64,000 nt of DNA from Nannocystales bacterium (GTDB lineage: Bacteria > Myxococcota_A > Polyangia > Nannocystales > Nannocystaceae): contig JBOEGF010000004.1 in the NCBI GenBank assembly GCA_050633305.1, positions 256,001 to 320,000 of the forward strand. The letters are read 5' to 3'. Below are positions 10,672 through 20,675 of the stretch, one piece after another. The position numbers and the translations under genes were made by a program. The notes under the pieces are model-generated. The model was not told the origin of the DNA. It saw nothing but the letters and a program-made list of their open reading frames with translations, and searched no databases. Within the stretch, counting starts at the first letter, position 1, and each line of letters opens with the position of its first letter.

Positions 10672-11532
10672 GTGCGCCGCCTCGCTCCCGTGCTGCTGAC
10701 AGTCTCCCTGCTCTTGGGTGGTCTCGCCTGCGATCCTGGCGGTGCGTGCCCCGAATGCGCGAGCGCCGAGCCTGCGGATTGTCCCAAGCCGAAGGTGAAA
10801 ACGAAGGTCGTGCAAGCTGGCCCGCAGCCGGCCGTCGACAACGGAGACATCAAGCTGACCTTTGCGGATCCGAAGTCCGCCCGGCTCAAGCGCTTCAAGG
10901 CGCAGCTCTCCGGCAGCAAGCTGTTCGGTAAGGTCGTCTCCGGCGTCAACGACACCATCGCCCTTCCACGAGACGCCGCCGTTCTCGTCTCTGAGTGCGG
11001 GCGCATCGACGCCTACTACGAGCCCAAGGCCCCTGGCGTCGTGATCTGCTACGAGCTCGCCGAGCACTTCGAGTCGCTGTTCAAGGGGCGCGCAAAAGGC
11101 AAAGAGCTCGAACGCATGGTCACCGGCGCGGTCTTCTTCGCGTTCTTCCATGAGCTGGGCCACGCCCTGGTCGACCAGCTCAAGCTTCCGATCACCGGGA
11201 AAGAGGAAGACGCGGTCGACCAGCTCGCCGCCGTCATCCTGATCGAGAGTGGGTCGGGGATCGAGATGGCGCTCGACGGCGGACGCGCCTTTCTGCTGAA
11301 CGACGCAAAGGGCTACAGCGCGAACGAGTTCTGGGGCGAGCACTCGTTCGAGAAGCAGCGCTACTACTCGATCGTTTGCATGGCCTATGGCGCAGCGCCG
11401 AAGAAACGAGCGGCACTCAGCGGGGGCAAGTACGGCCTACCGAAGGAACGAGCGCAGGGCTGTCCGGCGGAGTACGCCAGGATCAAGACGTCTTGGCAGA
11501 CGTTGCTGGCCGAGCACGGCAAGGCTGACTAG
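10672..11532 (+). CDS. DUF4344-like zinc metallopeptidase lipoprotein
   Basis: Lipobox GLAC; ECGRIDAYY, ICYEL, HELGHAL, GKEEDAVD, EH...QRYYSIVCMAYG. Confidence 0.85.
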   Translation: MRRLAPVLLTVSLLLGGLACDPGGACPECASAEPADCPKPKVKTKVVQAGPQPAVDNGDIKLTFADPKSARLKRFKAQLSGSKLFGKVVSGVNDTIALPRDAAVLVSECGRIDAYYEPKAPGVVICYELAEHFESLFKGRAKGKELERMVTGAVFFAFFHELGHALVDQLKLPITGKEEDAVDQLAAVILIESGSGIEMALDGGRAFLLNDAKGYSANEFWGEHSFEKQRYYSIVCMAYGAAPKKRAALSGGKYGLPKERAQGCPAEYARIKTSWQTLLAEHGKAD

Positions 11533-11550
11533 GAGGCGCTCGGAGCGTCG

Positions 11551-12996
11551 TCATCCGGGTTCGTCCGCGCCGGCGGTGCTGGGGCCACGCGTCGGGCGCT
11601 CGTCGCCCTCCGCGTCTAGGAGCGGGTCGCCGTCTTCCCACTCGGCGATATCGGCGAACACCGCTTGTCCGGCGCCGCTGAGCCGGAAACGCAGGTCCTC
11701 CGTCGCGTTGAACCAGGCTGGGTTGTAGGCCGGGACGCTCACGCCAAACCCGGTCGTGTTGACGGCGTTGTTGCTCCACGTCGCGCCTTCGCAGCCGTCG
11801 GAGATCGAGCCTCCCGTCAAGACGATGCTGTTTCGGACGATCCCGGTGGTACCGTCGCCGCAAAGGAAGTCGCCGTCCGCGACGATCGTGGAGTAGCGGA
11901 TATCGAGGGTGCCGTTGACCCGGACATGGGGCAGGGGGTCTGCGTCGATGGAAGAACTCTCGACGTAGAGGGAACCTGCCCCTTGAAGTCCGGCGTCGTT
12001 GAAGGCGAATGGGGTCGCGTTCGCGGCAAGCAGGTTCGACCGACGGAAGTGGGCGCTTCCACCGACGAGGTGGAAGGCCCCGCGCACGGTGCTGTCGTCC
12101 AGCCAAAACTCGGCGCCGAGCCCGACGGCCAGCATGGACACTCCAGAGTTCCCGCCATCCGCCGCTCCGTCCCAAACGACTTGGGAAAAGTAGAGTTGCG
12201 ACGCGTCGCTCTCGCCGCCGAAGTACGTTGGGTTTGCCCCGATATTGCCTTCGAGCACTGTCGCTCCGCTCCCTAGAAACGCGACCTCTCGCTGGCCATC
12301 GATCTCGTACGGAGCAACGCCTCCGGTGTCGGGGACCGTGTAGGTGCCGGCGCTCAGCACGAAGACCCGGTCCTCCCCAGGGCCGACCTCATCAAGGAGC
12401 TGAGGAAAGGCGCCCGGAGCCTGAACTTCGATCACATCGTCGGAAGAGAAGCAGGAGCCGGCATCGGGTCCTGCGAGGTGGCAAGCGGAGTCCGGGCACT
12501 GTGTGTGCTCATCGCAGGGAGCGCATCCTTGTTCCGGGTTGCAAACTGGCGCACCCGCAGGGCAGTGGGAGGCTTCGAGGCACGGGACGCACTGTCCCGA
12601 AGAGTCGCACCAGGGCGTGTCGGAGTCGGCCCGAGCACACGCCTCATCCGGAGACTCGGTGCCATCGCATCCAACGCAGGCACCTTCGACACAAAACAAT
12701 CCGGCGTTGCAATCCGAGGGGGCGCCGCAGGCCGCGCCCTCGGTCGTCGTTGGTCCAGGATCGGTGGTCGAGCTTGTCGACCCATCACCTGAAGTGGGAT
12801 CGCTCTCTGTGGTCCCCTGGGTCGTCGTGTCCAGAGTTGTCTGTCCGGTCGGCTGCGATGAGGCAGAGTCGGTGCTAGCGCCCCCAGATGGGTCCGTTGC
12901 CGTGTCGGTTGCCGGTGTCTCCGAGGGCGAGAAACAAGCGCTCAATGACGCCAAGCAACTCAGTGCAAGTGTATGGATGGACCGTCGACCGCGCAT
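11551..12996 (-). CDS. Lipoprotein with S/T-rich linker, Cys-rich repeats and a probable beta-helix C-terminal domain
   Basis: Start re-called at ATG 12996 (MRGRRSIH...LSAC). TDPSG/STT linker, dense Cys repeats, then beta-helix-like stretches (IRYSTIV, IVRNSIV). Confidence 0.75.
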   Translation of the reverse strand: MRGRRSIHTLALSCLASLSACFSPSETPATDTATDPSGGASTDSASSQPTGQTTLDTTTQGTTESDPTSGDGSTSSTTDPGPTTTEGAACGAPSDCNAGLFCVEGACVGCDGTESPDEACARADSDTPWCDSSGQCVPCLEASHCPAGAPVCNPEQGCAPCDEHTQCPDSACHLAGPDAGSCFSSDDVIEVQAPGAFPQLLDEVGPGEDRVFVLSAGTYTVPDTGGVAPYEIDGQREVAFLGSGATVLEGNIGANPTYFGGESDASQLYFSQVVWDGAADGGNSGVSMLAVGLGAEFWLDDSTVRGAFHLVGGSAHFRRSNLLAANATPFAFNDAGLQGAGSLYVESSSIDADPLPHVRVNGTLDIRYSTIVADGDFLCGDGTTGIVRNSIVLTGGSISDGCEGATWSNNAVNTTGFGVSVPAYNPAWFNATEDLRFRLSGAGQAVFADIAEWEDGDPLLDAEGDERPTRGPSTAGADEPG

Positions 12997-13102
12997 CACG
13001 ACGCTGTCGTACCACGGCGCGGCTGAGCCACTCCACCGCCCCTGTCCCGCGCGTCGCGTCCTGGACTTACCTCGGGGACTCTGATCGCGTACCGTGCCGG
13101 CC

Positions 13103-14215
13103 ATGAAACGGTCGCTTGCTTGGTCTCTTCTCGCGCTGTCTCCGCTCGTTGCTGCGTGCGGAGACGACGGTTCCGCCACCACAGAGACGGACGTATCGTC
13201 GTCCACATCGATGGCTGGATCGACTTCGGAAACCCCAATGACGGACCCGACGGTTGGCTCGAGTTCCTCCGGTCCGACCTCCGCCAGCTCGAGCGGGTCG
13301 TCTTCGACCGGTCTTGACGGTTCCGAGTCTTCGGTGGGCGACACAGATGAGGGCACAACGGGGTCGACCACGGGCGGAGAAGTCGTCGACTGCGACACCA
13401 TTCCAGCGGGACCGTTCGCGCCCAACGTACAGTTCATGCCGTTCAACGGAAGCGAAGACCTCGGGTTCGACGGCCTCGGCGGACTTGCGGGCAAGGATGG
13501 CGGCAACATCATCATCGTCGACAGTGCGGGGGTGGAGACGGCCTCCTATGCCGACGCGTTCAACCCCAGCTACGGGCTCCGCTTCACGGCCGATGGCAAC
13601 CTCTTGGTCGCGCACCCCAGCGTCGGCGAGATTGGCGAGATCGGTCCGGATGGGTCGATCAGCACCTTCGCAACGGGCATTAGCGGCGTGAACGGTCTCT
13701 ACCCGGACCTCGAGGGGAACGTGTGGGTGACCAACTTCAGTATCGTCGGCCGATACTCCGCAGACGGGAGCCTCGATACGCTGCTCACGGGCGCAGATGC
13801 GGCCAACTCCAATGGCATCGTCTACGACCCCGATCGTAATGTTGCCTTCTACACGAACTACAGCGCAGGTCGGGTTCTGAAGGTTGATATCAACGCTGAC
13901 GGCAGTGCCGGGGACGTGAACGAGCTTGGCCAGGTCGGCGGGGCGGCATTCGACGGCCTCGCCCTCGATGCCTGCGGAAACCTGTACGCGGTCGACAACG
14001 GCACCCCCAGAGTTTTCAGGTTGATGCTGGACGAGAACGCAGACGCGATCGGCGAGCTGACAAACATCGTCGACGGCAACATGCAGAACGTCGCGAACGC
14101 CCAGTTCGGCCGCGGTGAAGGGTTCGACCCCAACAGTCTGTATGTCACTGGCAACCCGGGCGTGGTCTACCGCCTCGAAGTGGGCGTCCCAGGCGCTGAG
14201 ATCCCGCTTCCGTAG
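13103..14215 (+). CDS. SMP-30/gluconolactonase-like beta-propeller lipoprotein
   Basis: Lipobox VAAC, S/T-rich linker, and blade motifs SEDLGFD, NGIVYDPD, DGLALDACGNLY, ANAQFG. Confidence 0.8.
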   Translation: MKRSLAWSLLALSPLVAACGDDGSATTETDVSSSTSMAGSTSETPMTDPTVGSSSSGPTSASSSGSSSTGLDGSESSVGDTDEGTTGSTTGGEVVDCDTIPAGPFAPNVQFMPFNGSEDLGFDGLGGLAGKDGGNIIIVDSAGVETASYADAFNPSYGLRFTADGNLLVAHPSVGEIGEIGPDGSISTFATGISGVNGLYPDLEGNVWVTNFSIVGRYSADGSLDTLLTGADAANSNGIVYDPDRNVAFYTNYSAGRVLKVDINADGSAGDVNELGQVGGAAFDGLALDACGNLYAVDNGTPRVFRLMLDENADAIGELTNIVDGNMQNVANAQFGRGEGFDPNSLYVTGNPGVVYRLEVGVPGAEIPLP

Positions 14216-14256
14216 TCAACCCGTACGCGTCGCACAGGCGCCAAGATTGACTTAGC

Positions 14257-15774
14257 ATGGGCGCACCCATGCCCTTCGCTGCCCACGCTCGCCGGACTGC
14301 GCTTCCGGCCTACGTTCGTTGGGTGCGATGGGCCTGCGGTGCGTCTTTCGTTGTGACCGCCGCCGGGGAGGCGAAGGCCAGCGAGGTTCGCATGACGAGC
14401 CGGAGCGTTGGCGAAGGCTACATGGTCCGCCTCCCGGGAGAGCGGGGGCAACTGGTGAGCCGACGGCGGCTCGCACAGTACGTGGGCCTGGGCGTCTACG
14501 GAATCCTCCCGCCGCGTGAACCGGACGAACTCGAGCGCGATCCCAGCGACGGCCAGCTGCAGGTCGTCGCGTCGATGCGATTGCGCAATGACTTCGGGAC
14601 GTTCACCCGGCGGGCCAACGGACAGGCGCAGGATCTGATCGAGTCCTTGGACGGCCGACAGATCGATCTGCTGTACGGCTATTTCGAAGGTCGCCAAGTG
14701 GCGCGCTTCTTCGACTTCAAGCTCGGGCGGCAGTTTGAGATGTCGGGGCTCGACTTCTACGCGTTCGACGGTGGCTGGCTGCGCGCCAACACGCCCGCCC
14801 ACGTGGCGGTCGAGGTCTTTGGCGGTCAGCAGGTGGACGGCTCCGCGTTGTTCGGGTTCCCAACGTTCGAGCTCGATGGCACCCAGGGCACGCCGGCGGA
14901 CCGTTCGCACTCCCCGGTCGTGGGGGCAGCATTCGCCCTCTCTGACCTCAAGTTCATGGATGGCCGCGTCGCCTATCGGCGGACGTGGTCCCCCGGGGCG
15001 ATCAACTCGGATGTGCCGGATGTCGAGGGCGCGCAGGGGGTGGGAACCGTGGTGGACCAGGAGTTCATCAGCGCGTCTGCCTCGCTCCGGCTCGCCAAGG
15101 GCAAACTCGCGCCGTTCGGGGCGGCTCGCTACAACCTCGGGGTTGCCCGGCTCGATGATCTCAGCGGCGGCGTGTGGTGGGCGGTCACCGAGATGCATAC
15201 GCTGCGGGCGTACTACCTGCGGACGATTCCAAGCTTCGACCTCGATTCGATCTTCAACGTGTTCGCGCTGGAGCCCTTCGAGGATGTCCGCGTCGTGTAC
15301 CAAGTCCGGACCGGGCCCCGTTGGACGATCTACAGCCGCTTTCAGGGGCGCTTCTTCCACGCGTCCCCGACCGCAGACAACGGACTTGATCCGTCCGAAC
15401 GCGTCGCGTTCGGCGGGGGCGGGGGAGGAGGCGCAGAGCTTCGCCTACGTCGCTTCGGCATGCGGCTGGACGGCTACGGACTCGGAGGGGAGGGGGGTGT
15501 TCGCGTTGGGGGCAGCGTCGATACTCGCACCCACGTCTTGTACGACCGCCTCGCGCTCGATGTGCGTGGGTACGGCCTGTACTACAAAGACGAGATCAAC
15601 GACGCCCGGGAAGGGCACAGTGTGTCGCTGCAAGCCGGCGCGAACGTCCGCCTGGGCCACGGCATTTACTTCAATGTGATGGGCGAGGAGTTGTTCACGC
15701 CCTATACGCGGGCAGCCTTCCGGGCGTTTGGCATGCTCAACTTCGACTGGGCATTCCGGGTGGGGCAACGATGA
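14257..15774 (+). CDS. Predicted outer-membrane beta-barrel protein (candidate porin of a porin-cytochrome pair)
   Basis: Signal-like N-terminus ending AKA. Many alternating hydrophobic/aromatic strands (DLLYGYF, FKLGRQF, FDGGWL, LNFDWAF). ATGA overlap with the cytochrome gene. Confidence 0.7.
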   Translation: MGAPMPFAAHARRTALPAYVRWVRWACGASFVVTAAGEAKASEVRMTSRSVGEGYMVRLPGERGQLVSRRRLAQYVGLGVYGILPPREPDELERDPSDGQLQVVASMRLRNDFGTFTRRANGQAQDLIESLDGRQIDLLYGYFEGRQVARFFDFKLGRQFEMSGLDFYAFDGGWLRANTPAHVAVEVFGGQQVDGSALFGFPTFELDGTQGTPADRSHSPVVGAAFALSDLKFMDGRVAYRRTWSPGAINSDVPDVEGAQGVGTVVDQEFISASASLRLAKGKLAPFGAARYNLGVARLDDLSGGVWWAVTEMHTLRAYYLRTIPSFDLDSIFNVFALEPFEDVRVVYQVRTGPRWTIYSRFQGRFFHASPTADNGLDPSERVAFGGGGGGGAELRLRRFGMRLDGYGLGGEGGVRVGGSVDTRTHVLYDRLALDVRGYGLYYKDEINDAREGHSVSLQAGANVRLGHGIYFNVMGEELFTPYTRAAFRAFGMLNFDWAFRVGQR

Positions 15775-17093
15775 ACGCACGCAGTGGAACGACCTGGGCT
15801 CTCCTTTGGGGGGTGCTGTTCTGCATCACGGCCGCGCTCGAGCACACCGTGGACGCGGCCCCCCAACGCCGCGATGAGCCAACCACAACGTCGCCCATGG
15901 GTCGCTCGCCGACGACGGTGGGCAGGGGCAACGGGCCTCGGCAACGGGCCAATATTCCCTCGACTGTGGGTGTGATGCAAGGGCCGATCCGGCGGGGCTC
16001 GGCGGTCTACCCCAGGCAAGACATCCCGATCTCCTTCAACCACGGTCAACACCTGAAGATCGGGATGGACTGCGCGCAGTGCCACACCGACATCGATGCA
16101 TCTCGGCGCGCCTCGGACAACAACTTCCCACGCGGAAAAGTCTGCGACAGTTGCCACGGTCCGCAGCATCCCAAGCCAGAGACCGAGCCCGCGAAGTGCG
16201 AGCTGTGCCACACGTCGGTCGATGACAAGAACCGGGTGACAGCGGGACTTCGGGCGCCGCGGCCCATGCTCAAGTTCAACCATGACCTGCACGACAAGGC
16301 TGGGTCGGACTGCGAAGACTGCCATGGCGACATGAGCCGGGTCCGCCTGGCTACCGTCCTGCAGTTGCCTGAAGAGCAGGACTGTCTGACCTGCCACGAC
16401 GGCAAAGGAGCGACCGATGCGTGCAGCGCGTGTCATCCGACGCAGCGGGGCGGCACGCTGAAGGTTCGAGCCATCGACGACCGCTCGATGCCCGCCCTGG
16501 TTCCCAAGGACGACAACAGCTGGGGCGCAGCCCACGACCTCGCGTTCGTCGAAGACCACGCCCACATCAGCAAGGCCAACCCCGCGCTGTGCCAGTCGTG
16601 CCACGAGGAGTCCTTCTGCACCGACTGTCACGCGGGCGTGATTCGGCCGATGCGGATCCACAGCGGCGACTTCATCAACACCCACGCCCTCGACGCTCGT
16701 GCGCAGACGTCCAACTGCCAGTCGTGCCATCGCACCCAAAGCTTCTGCCTGGGCTGCCACGAGCGGATGGGATTCGACCGTGAACCGGGCAGCGCCTTCG
16801 CCGTGGGCGGCTCGCTGTCCTTCCACCCCGACGGCTGGGCGGGTCCGCCCGGGATGCCGCAGGCCCACGCGCACGCGGCTCAACGCAACATGACCGCGTG
16901 CTCGAGCTGCCATACCGAGGACAGTTGCCTGGCATGTCACGCGACCGCTGGCGGTCCGGTCGGGGGACTGGGCGCCAACCCGCACGGCTCACGGTTCCGA
17001 GATTCGGCGCGGTGCAACGCCTTGGCGACGCGCAACCGGCGGGTCTGCCTCAAGTGCCACGCGCCCGGCGATCCTCAGCTCGACTGCCTCTGA
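15771..17093 (+). CDS. Multiheme cytochrome c (13 CxxCH motifs)
   Basis: Counted CAQCH, CDSCH, CELCH, CEDCH, CLTCH, CSACH, CQSCH, CTDCH, CQSCH, CLGCH, CSSCH, CLACH, CLKCH. Two FNHxxH c3/c7-like motifs. N-terminal signal-like segment. Confidence 0.95.
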   Translation: MNARSGTTWALLWGVLFCITAALEHTVDAAPQRRDEPTTTSPMGRSPTTVGRGNGPRQRANIPSTVGVMQGPIRRGSAVYPRQDIPISFNHGQHLKIGMDCAQCHTDIDASRRASDNNFPRGKVCDSCHGPQHPKPETEPAKCELCHTSVDDKNRVTAGLRAPRPMLKFNHDLHDKAGSDCEDCHGDMSRVRLATVLQLPEEQDCLTCHDGKGATDACSACHPTQRGGTLKVRAIDDRSMPALVPKDDNSWGAAHDLAFVEDHAHISKANPALCQSCHEESFCTDCHAGVIRPMRIHSGDFINTHALDARAQTSNCQSCHRTQSFCLGCHERMGFDREPGSAFAVGGSLSFHPDGWAGPPGMPQAHAHAAQRNMTACSSCHTEDSCLACHATAGGPVGGLGANPHGSRFRDSARCNALATRNRRVCLKCHAPGDPQLDCL

Positions 17094-17125
17094 GGGGGCG
17101 GTCGCGCCTTCCGTACCGGTTGGGC

Positions 17126-17629
17126 CTACAGCTGAGTGTAGACCGTGAAGATCTCGACCTCGGTCATCGCGATCAGCCGATAGCGATGGGTGGGGTCGAT
17201 GAGCAGCGGCCCCGCGGGGACCAGCTCGATGCGGTCGACCTCGGTGCCGTCGTCCACCTCAAGGACCGCGCGACCGCCGGTCAGCATCACGTGCATGTCT
17301 TGGCGGTTGGTCGTGGCGACAGGGACGCTCTTGCCTGCCTTGATGCGCAGCACCGTGGTCACGAATCCGTCGCCCTTCGCCCACACGAACGCGCCGCCGA
17401 ACGTCTTGGGCACGAACGGAGGACCGAACTCGTCGAAGACCTCTTCCGCGTCGGGGTCAGGCGCGGCCGAGGCAGCGGCGCTGGTGTCGGCGTTGGGGTC
17501 ACTGGCCGGGCCTTGGTCTGGGCCTTGATCTGGGCCTTGATCTGGGCTGGGCGCCCCTTGGGAAGGGGACGCGGAGGGGGCCACGGCCTCGTCAGCCACG
17601 GTGGCTTCGGGCTGCTCGGGCTCTGACAT
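17126..17629 (-). CDS. Cupin-fold protein with an acidic low-complexity N-terminus
   Basis: Start re-called at ATG 17629. VPKTFG, LRIKAGK, LTGGRAVLEV and IDPTHRYRLIAMTE resemble small cupins. Confidence 0.65.
   Translation of the reverse strand: MSEPEQPEATVADEAVAPSASPSQGAPSPDQGPDQGPDQGPASDPNADTSAAASAAPDPDAEEVFDEFGPPFVPKTFGGAFVWAKGDGFVTTVLRIKAGKSVPVATTNRQDMHVMLTGGRAVLEVDDGTEVDRIELVPAGPLLIDPTHRYRLIAMTEVEIFTVYTQL
17508..17546. repeat. 3 x 12-bp tandem repeat (gggccttgrtct) encoding PDQG
   Basis: Units at 17508, 17520 and 17532 with one mismatch; in frame within the cupin gene. Confidence 0.9.
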
Positions 17630-17657
17630 CAGGCGGACGATACCACGGCCCTCGAAC

Positions 17658-18710
17658 TCAGCCGCCGGGCTTTTGAACGCCGGGCTTCTGGACCGCACCG
17701 TTGCCCGCCGGCTTCGACGGCTTGGCGGGCTTCGCTGGGGGCTTGCTGCCCGCGTCCTTCTTGGGCGGCTTGTCTCCGGCCTTGTCCCCCGAGAGGGACT
17801 TCGCCTCGCCGGCCTCGACCGTGGGGGTCTCGCCTGCGCCCGCTTTCGGTTTGAGCGACTCGCCCCCGGTCCGCTCGGGGGCGGAGGTGGCTGGCTTGGC
17901 GGTCTTGGTGGCGCCCTCTTCTTCCCCTTCGGCAGGAGTCTCTTCGACAAACTCGTCGGTGGTGCCGCCGGGGATGTCGGTGGTGCCGGTGTTCTCCTTG
18001 CGGATCGACTCGGCCTCCCGCGCCCGGCGTGCGGCGTCGTGATCCCATTGGTCGACGCGGCCATCGCCATTGACGTCGTAGCCGATGCGATCGACACGGC
18101 CCGCCACGTAGTAGGCGAACATGTCGGCCCGACCATCGCCATCGCGGTCGGTCTCGATGCGAAGCAGCCGCCCTTTGTCGTACCGACGCCAGGCGTCGAC
18201 GAAGCCGTCGCGGTTGGTGTCCTGCTCGTCGAGCACGAGCTTGCCGTCTTTGAACGTGCGGCCGATGTCGATGCGGCCGTCGTAGTCGAGGTCGAACTGC
18301 TCGCGGTTGAGGACGCCCTTCTCGTCGTAGTGGAAGTAGGCGTCGAGTCGGCCGTCAAAGTTGAAGTCGGCCTGACGGCAGCGCAGCGTGATGCCCTCGC
18401 CGGAATACAGGGACACCAGGTCGGCCTTGCCGTCGTGGTTGAGATCTTGCTGGTCGGCCCGTTGCCCCTGGGTGGAGCACCGATTGTCGTCGACCCGCAG
18501 CGCCCGAAGGTTCGGGTTCACCGGCGGCGCAGATTGCGAGTCTTCGTTGGCCTCGTCGGGCGACTTCGACTTCCCATCGTCCTCCGCGTCCTTTTTTCCC
18601 GCGCATCCTGGCGCCACGGCCCCCGCTGCACACAGGACCGCCAGGGCGAAGCCGAGCCGCGGCCGGGCTGGACGGGCAGGGGAGGGGGTCGAAAACCGGC
18701 GGAACCGCAC
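17658..18710 (-). CDS. Lipoprotein with six Dx[DN]xDGxxD calcium-binding-type repeats and a K/P/A-rich tail
   Basis: Lipobox APGC; DLNHDGKAD, DFNFDGRLD, DLDYDGRID, DTNRDGFVD, DRDGDGRAD, DVNGDGRVD. Confidence 0.8.
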   Translation of the reverse strand: MRFRRFSTPSPARPARPRLGFALAVLCAAGAVAPGCAGKKDAEDDGKSKSPDEANEDSQSAPPVNPNLRALRVDDNRCSTQGQRADQQDLNHDGKADLVSLYSGEGITLRCRQADFNFDGRLDAYFHYDEKGVLNREQFDLDYDGRIDIGRTFKDGKLVLDEQDTNRDGFVDAWRRYDKGRLLRIETDRDGDGRADMFAYYVAGRVDRIGYDVNGDGRVDQWDHDAARRAREAESIRKENTGTTDIPGGTTDEFVEETPAEGEEEGATKTAKPATSAPERTGGESLKPKAGAGETPTVEAGEAKSLSGDKAGDKPPKKDAGSKPPAKPAKPSKPAGNGAVQKPGVQKPGG

Positions 18711-18804
18711 GCTCTGACTGTAGATGCGACGAGAAGCGTCGGCAAGCGACGGGGACTATGGTAGGGGGCCGTGCGTGGCCCTTTTTGGCCACCCATTCGA
18801 CGCC

Positions 18805-20640
18805 ATGAACGCTCCTGCCAAGACCCCGGCGGTTCCGACCGCCCCCGAGAGCCGGCTGATCCGGACGTTCTGCATCATCGCGCACATCGACCACGGCAAG
18901 AGCACCCTGGCTGACCGCCTGATGGAGCACACTGGCTTGTTGGGCGAGCGCGACAAGCAGGCCCAGTACCTGGACCGCATGGACATCGAGCGGGAGCGGG
19001 GCATCACCATCAAGGCCCAAACCGTCCGCATGGCCTACACGGCCGAGGATGGGACGGTCTACGAACTCAACCTGATCGACACGCCCGGACACGTCGACTT
19101 CGGGTACGAGGTTTCTCGCAGCCTCAAAGCATGCGAGGGCGCGCTCCTGGTCGTCGATGCGGCACAGGGCGTCGAAGCGCAGACGCTCGCGAACGTCTAC
19201 CTCGCGCTGGACAACGATCTCGAGATCATCCCGGTGATCAACAAGATCGACCTGCCCTCGGCCGACCCGGACCGGGTCGCGGAGGAGATCGAGCAAATGG
19301 TCGGCCTCGACGCGACCGACGCGATTCACTGCAGCGCCAAGAGCGGGATCGGGATCGAGGAGGTCCTCAAGGCGGTGGTCGAACAGGTGCCCCCGCCGAC
19401 CGACGACCGCACCGGACCCTTGCGTGCGTTGATCGTCGACAGCTGGTGGGACTCCTACCGCGGGGTCATCTCGATCGTGCGCGTCTTCTCGGGGCGACTG
19501 ACGCCTGGAAGCAAGCTGCGCATGATGTCCAGCGGCAAGGCCTACGAGACGCTCAGCGTCGGGGTCTTCGCGCCGGACATGACCGAGCTGACGGAGATCG
19601 CAGCAGGGGAGGTCGGCTACCTCATTTGCGGACTCAAGGATGTCCGAGACGCCAAGGTCGGAGACACCGTCGTCGACGCGGCGGAGGAAAACCCGGAGGC
19701 GCTGGACGGATTTCAAGACGTCATGCCGATGGTCTTCGCCGGGGTGTTCACCACCGACAACGCGGACTACCCGGCCCTCCGAGACGCACTGGGCAAGCTG
19801 ACGCTCAACGATGCCGCGGTCACCTACGAGCCGGAGACCTCCGAGGCGCTCGGCTTTGGATTCCGCCTGGGTTTCTTGGGGTTGCTCCACATGGAGATCG
19901 TCCAGGAACGCCTGGAGCGGGAGTACAACCTCGACCTGATCACGACCGCGCCGAGCGTGATGTACCGGGTGTACCTCAAGGACGGGAGCATGATCGAGGT
20001 CGACAACCCGGCTCAGTTCCCCGAGCTGGGTGGCTACGACTACATCGAGGAGCCGGTGATCGAGGGACGCATCCAGGTGCCCGAAGAGCATGTCGGCACC
20101 GTCATCAAGCTCTGTGAAGAGCGCCGGGGCACCCAGAAGGACCTCAGCTACCTGACCGAGACCCGGATCCAGCTCACCTACGAGCTGCCCCTGGCCGAGG
20201 TGGTGTTTGGCTTCTTCGACCAGCTCAAGAGCCGCAGCCGCGGATATGCGAGCCTCGACTACGAGCCCGGTGGCTACCGGCGCGCCGACCTGGTTCGTCT
20301 GGACCTCTTGGTCAACGGTGAGAACGTCGACGCGCTCAGCCTGATCACCCACCGCTCGACGTCCTTCTTCCGGGGACGGGATCTGTGCGTGAAGATGAAG
20401 GAACTCGTCCCGCGGCAGCAGTTCGAGGTCGCCATCCAGGCCGCGATCGGCACCCGGGTCATCGCCCGAACCACGGTCAAGGCGATGCGCAAGAACGTCA
20501 CCGCCAAGTGCTATGGGGGCGACATCTCGCGCAAGCGCAAGCTTCTGGAGAAACAAAAGAAGGGAAAGAAGCGTCTCAAGGCCATCGGCAATGTCGAGAT
20601 TCCCCAATCCGCGTTCCACGCGGTCCTCACGCTCGATTGA
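18805..20640 (+). CDS. lepA: Translation elongation factor 4
   Basis: [52 protein letters not shown] and [21 protein letters not shown] 18805. Confidence 0.99.
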   Translation: MNAPAKTPAVPTAPESRLIRTFCIIAHIDHGKSTLADRLMEHTGLLGERDKQAQYLDRMDIERERGITIKAQTVRMAYTAEDGTVYELNLIDTPGHVDFGYEVSRSLKACEGALLVVDAAQGVEAQTLANVYLALDNDLEIIPVINKIDLPSADPDRVAEEIEQMVGLDATDAIHCSAKSGIGIEEVLKAVVEQVPPPTDDRTGPLRALIVDSWWDSYRGVISIVRVFSGRLTPGSKLRMMSSGKAYETLSVGVFAPDMTELTEIAAGEVGYLICGLKDVRDAKVGDTVVDAAEENPEALDGFQDVMPMVFAGVFTTDNADYPALRDALGKLTLNDAAVTYEPETSEALGFGFRLGFLGLLHMEIVQERLEREYNLDLITTAPSVMYRVYLKDGSMIEVDNPAQFPELGGYDYIEEPVIEGRIQVPEEHVGTVIKLCEERRGTQKDLSYLTETRIQLTYELPLAEVVFGFFDQLKSRSRGYASLDYEPGGYRRADLVRLDLLVNGENVDALSLITHRSTSFFRGRDLCVKMKELVPRQQFEVAIQAAIGTRVIARTTVKAMRKNVTAKCYGGDISRKRKLLEKQKKGKKRLKAIGNVEIPQSAFHAVLTLD

Positions 20641-20675
20641 ACTTGCTGCGAATCGGCTAGAATAGGACCAGCGCC

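Noticed and set aside
18355..20619. 754-aa minus-strand ORF
   Set aside because: Antisense to lepA; it arises from codon bias.
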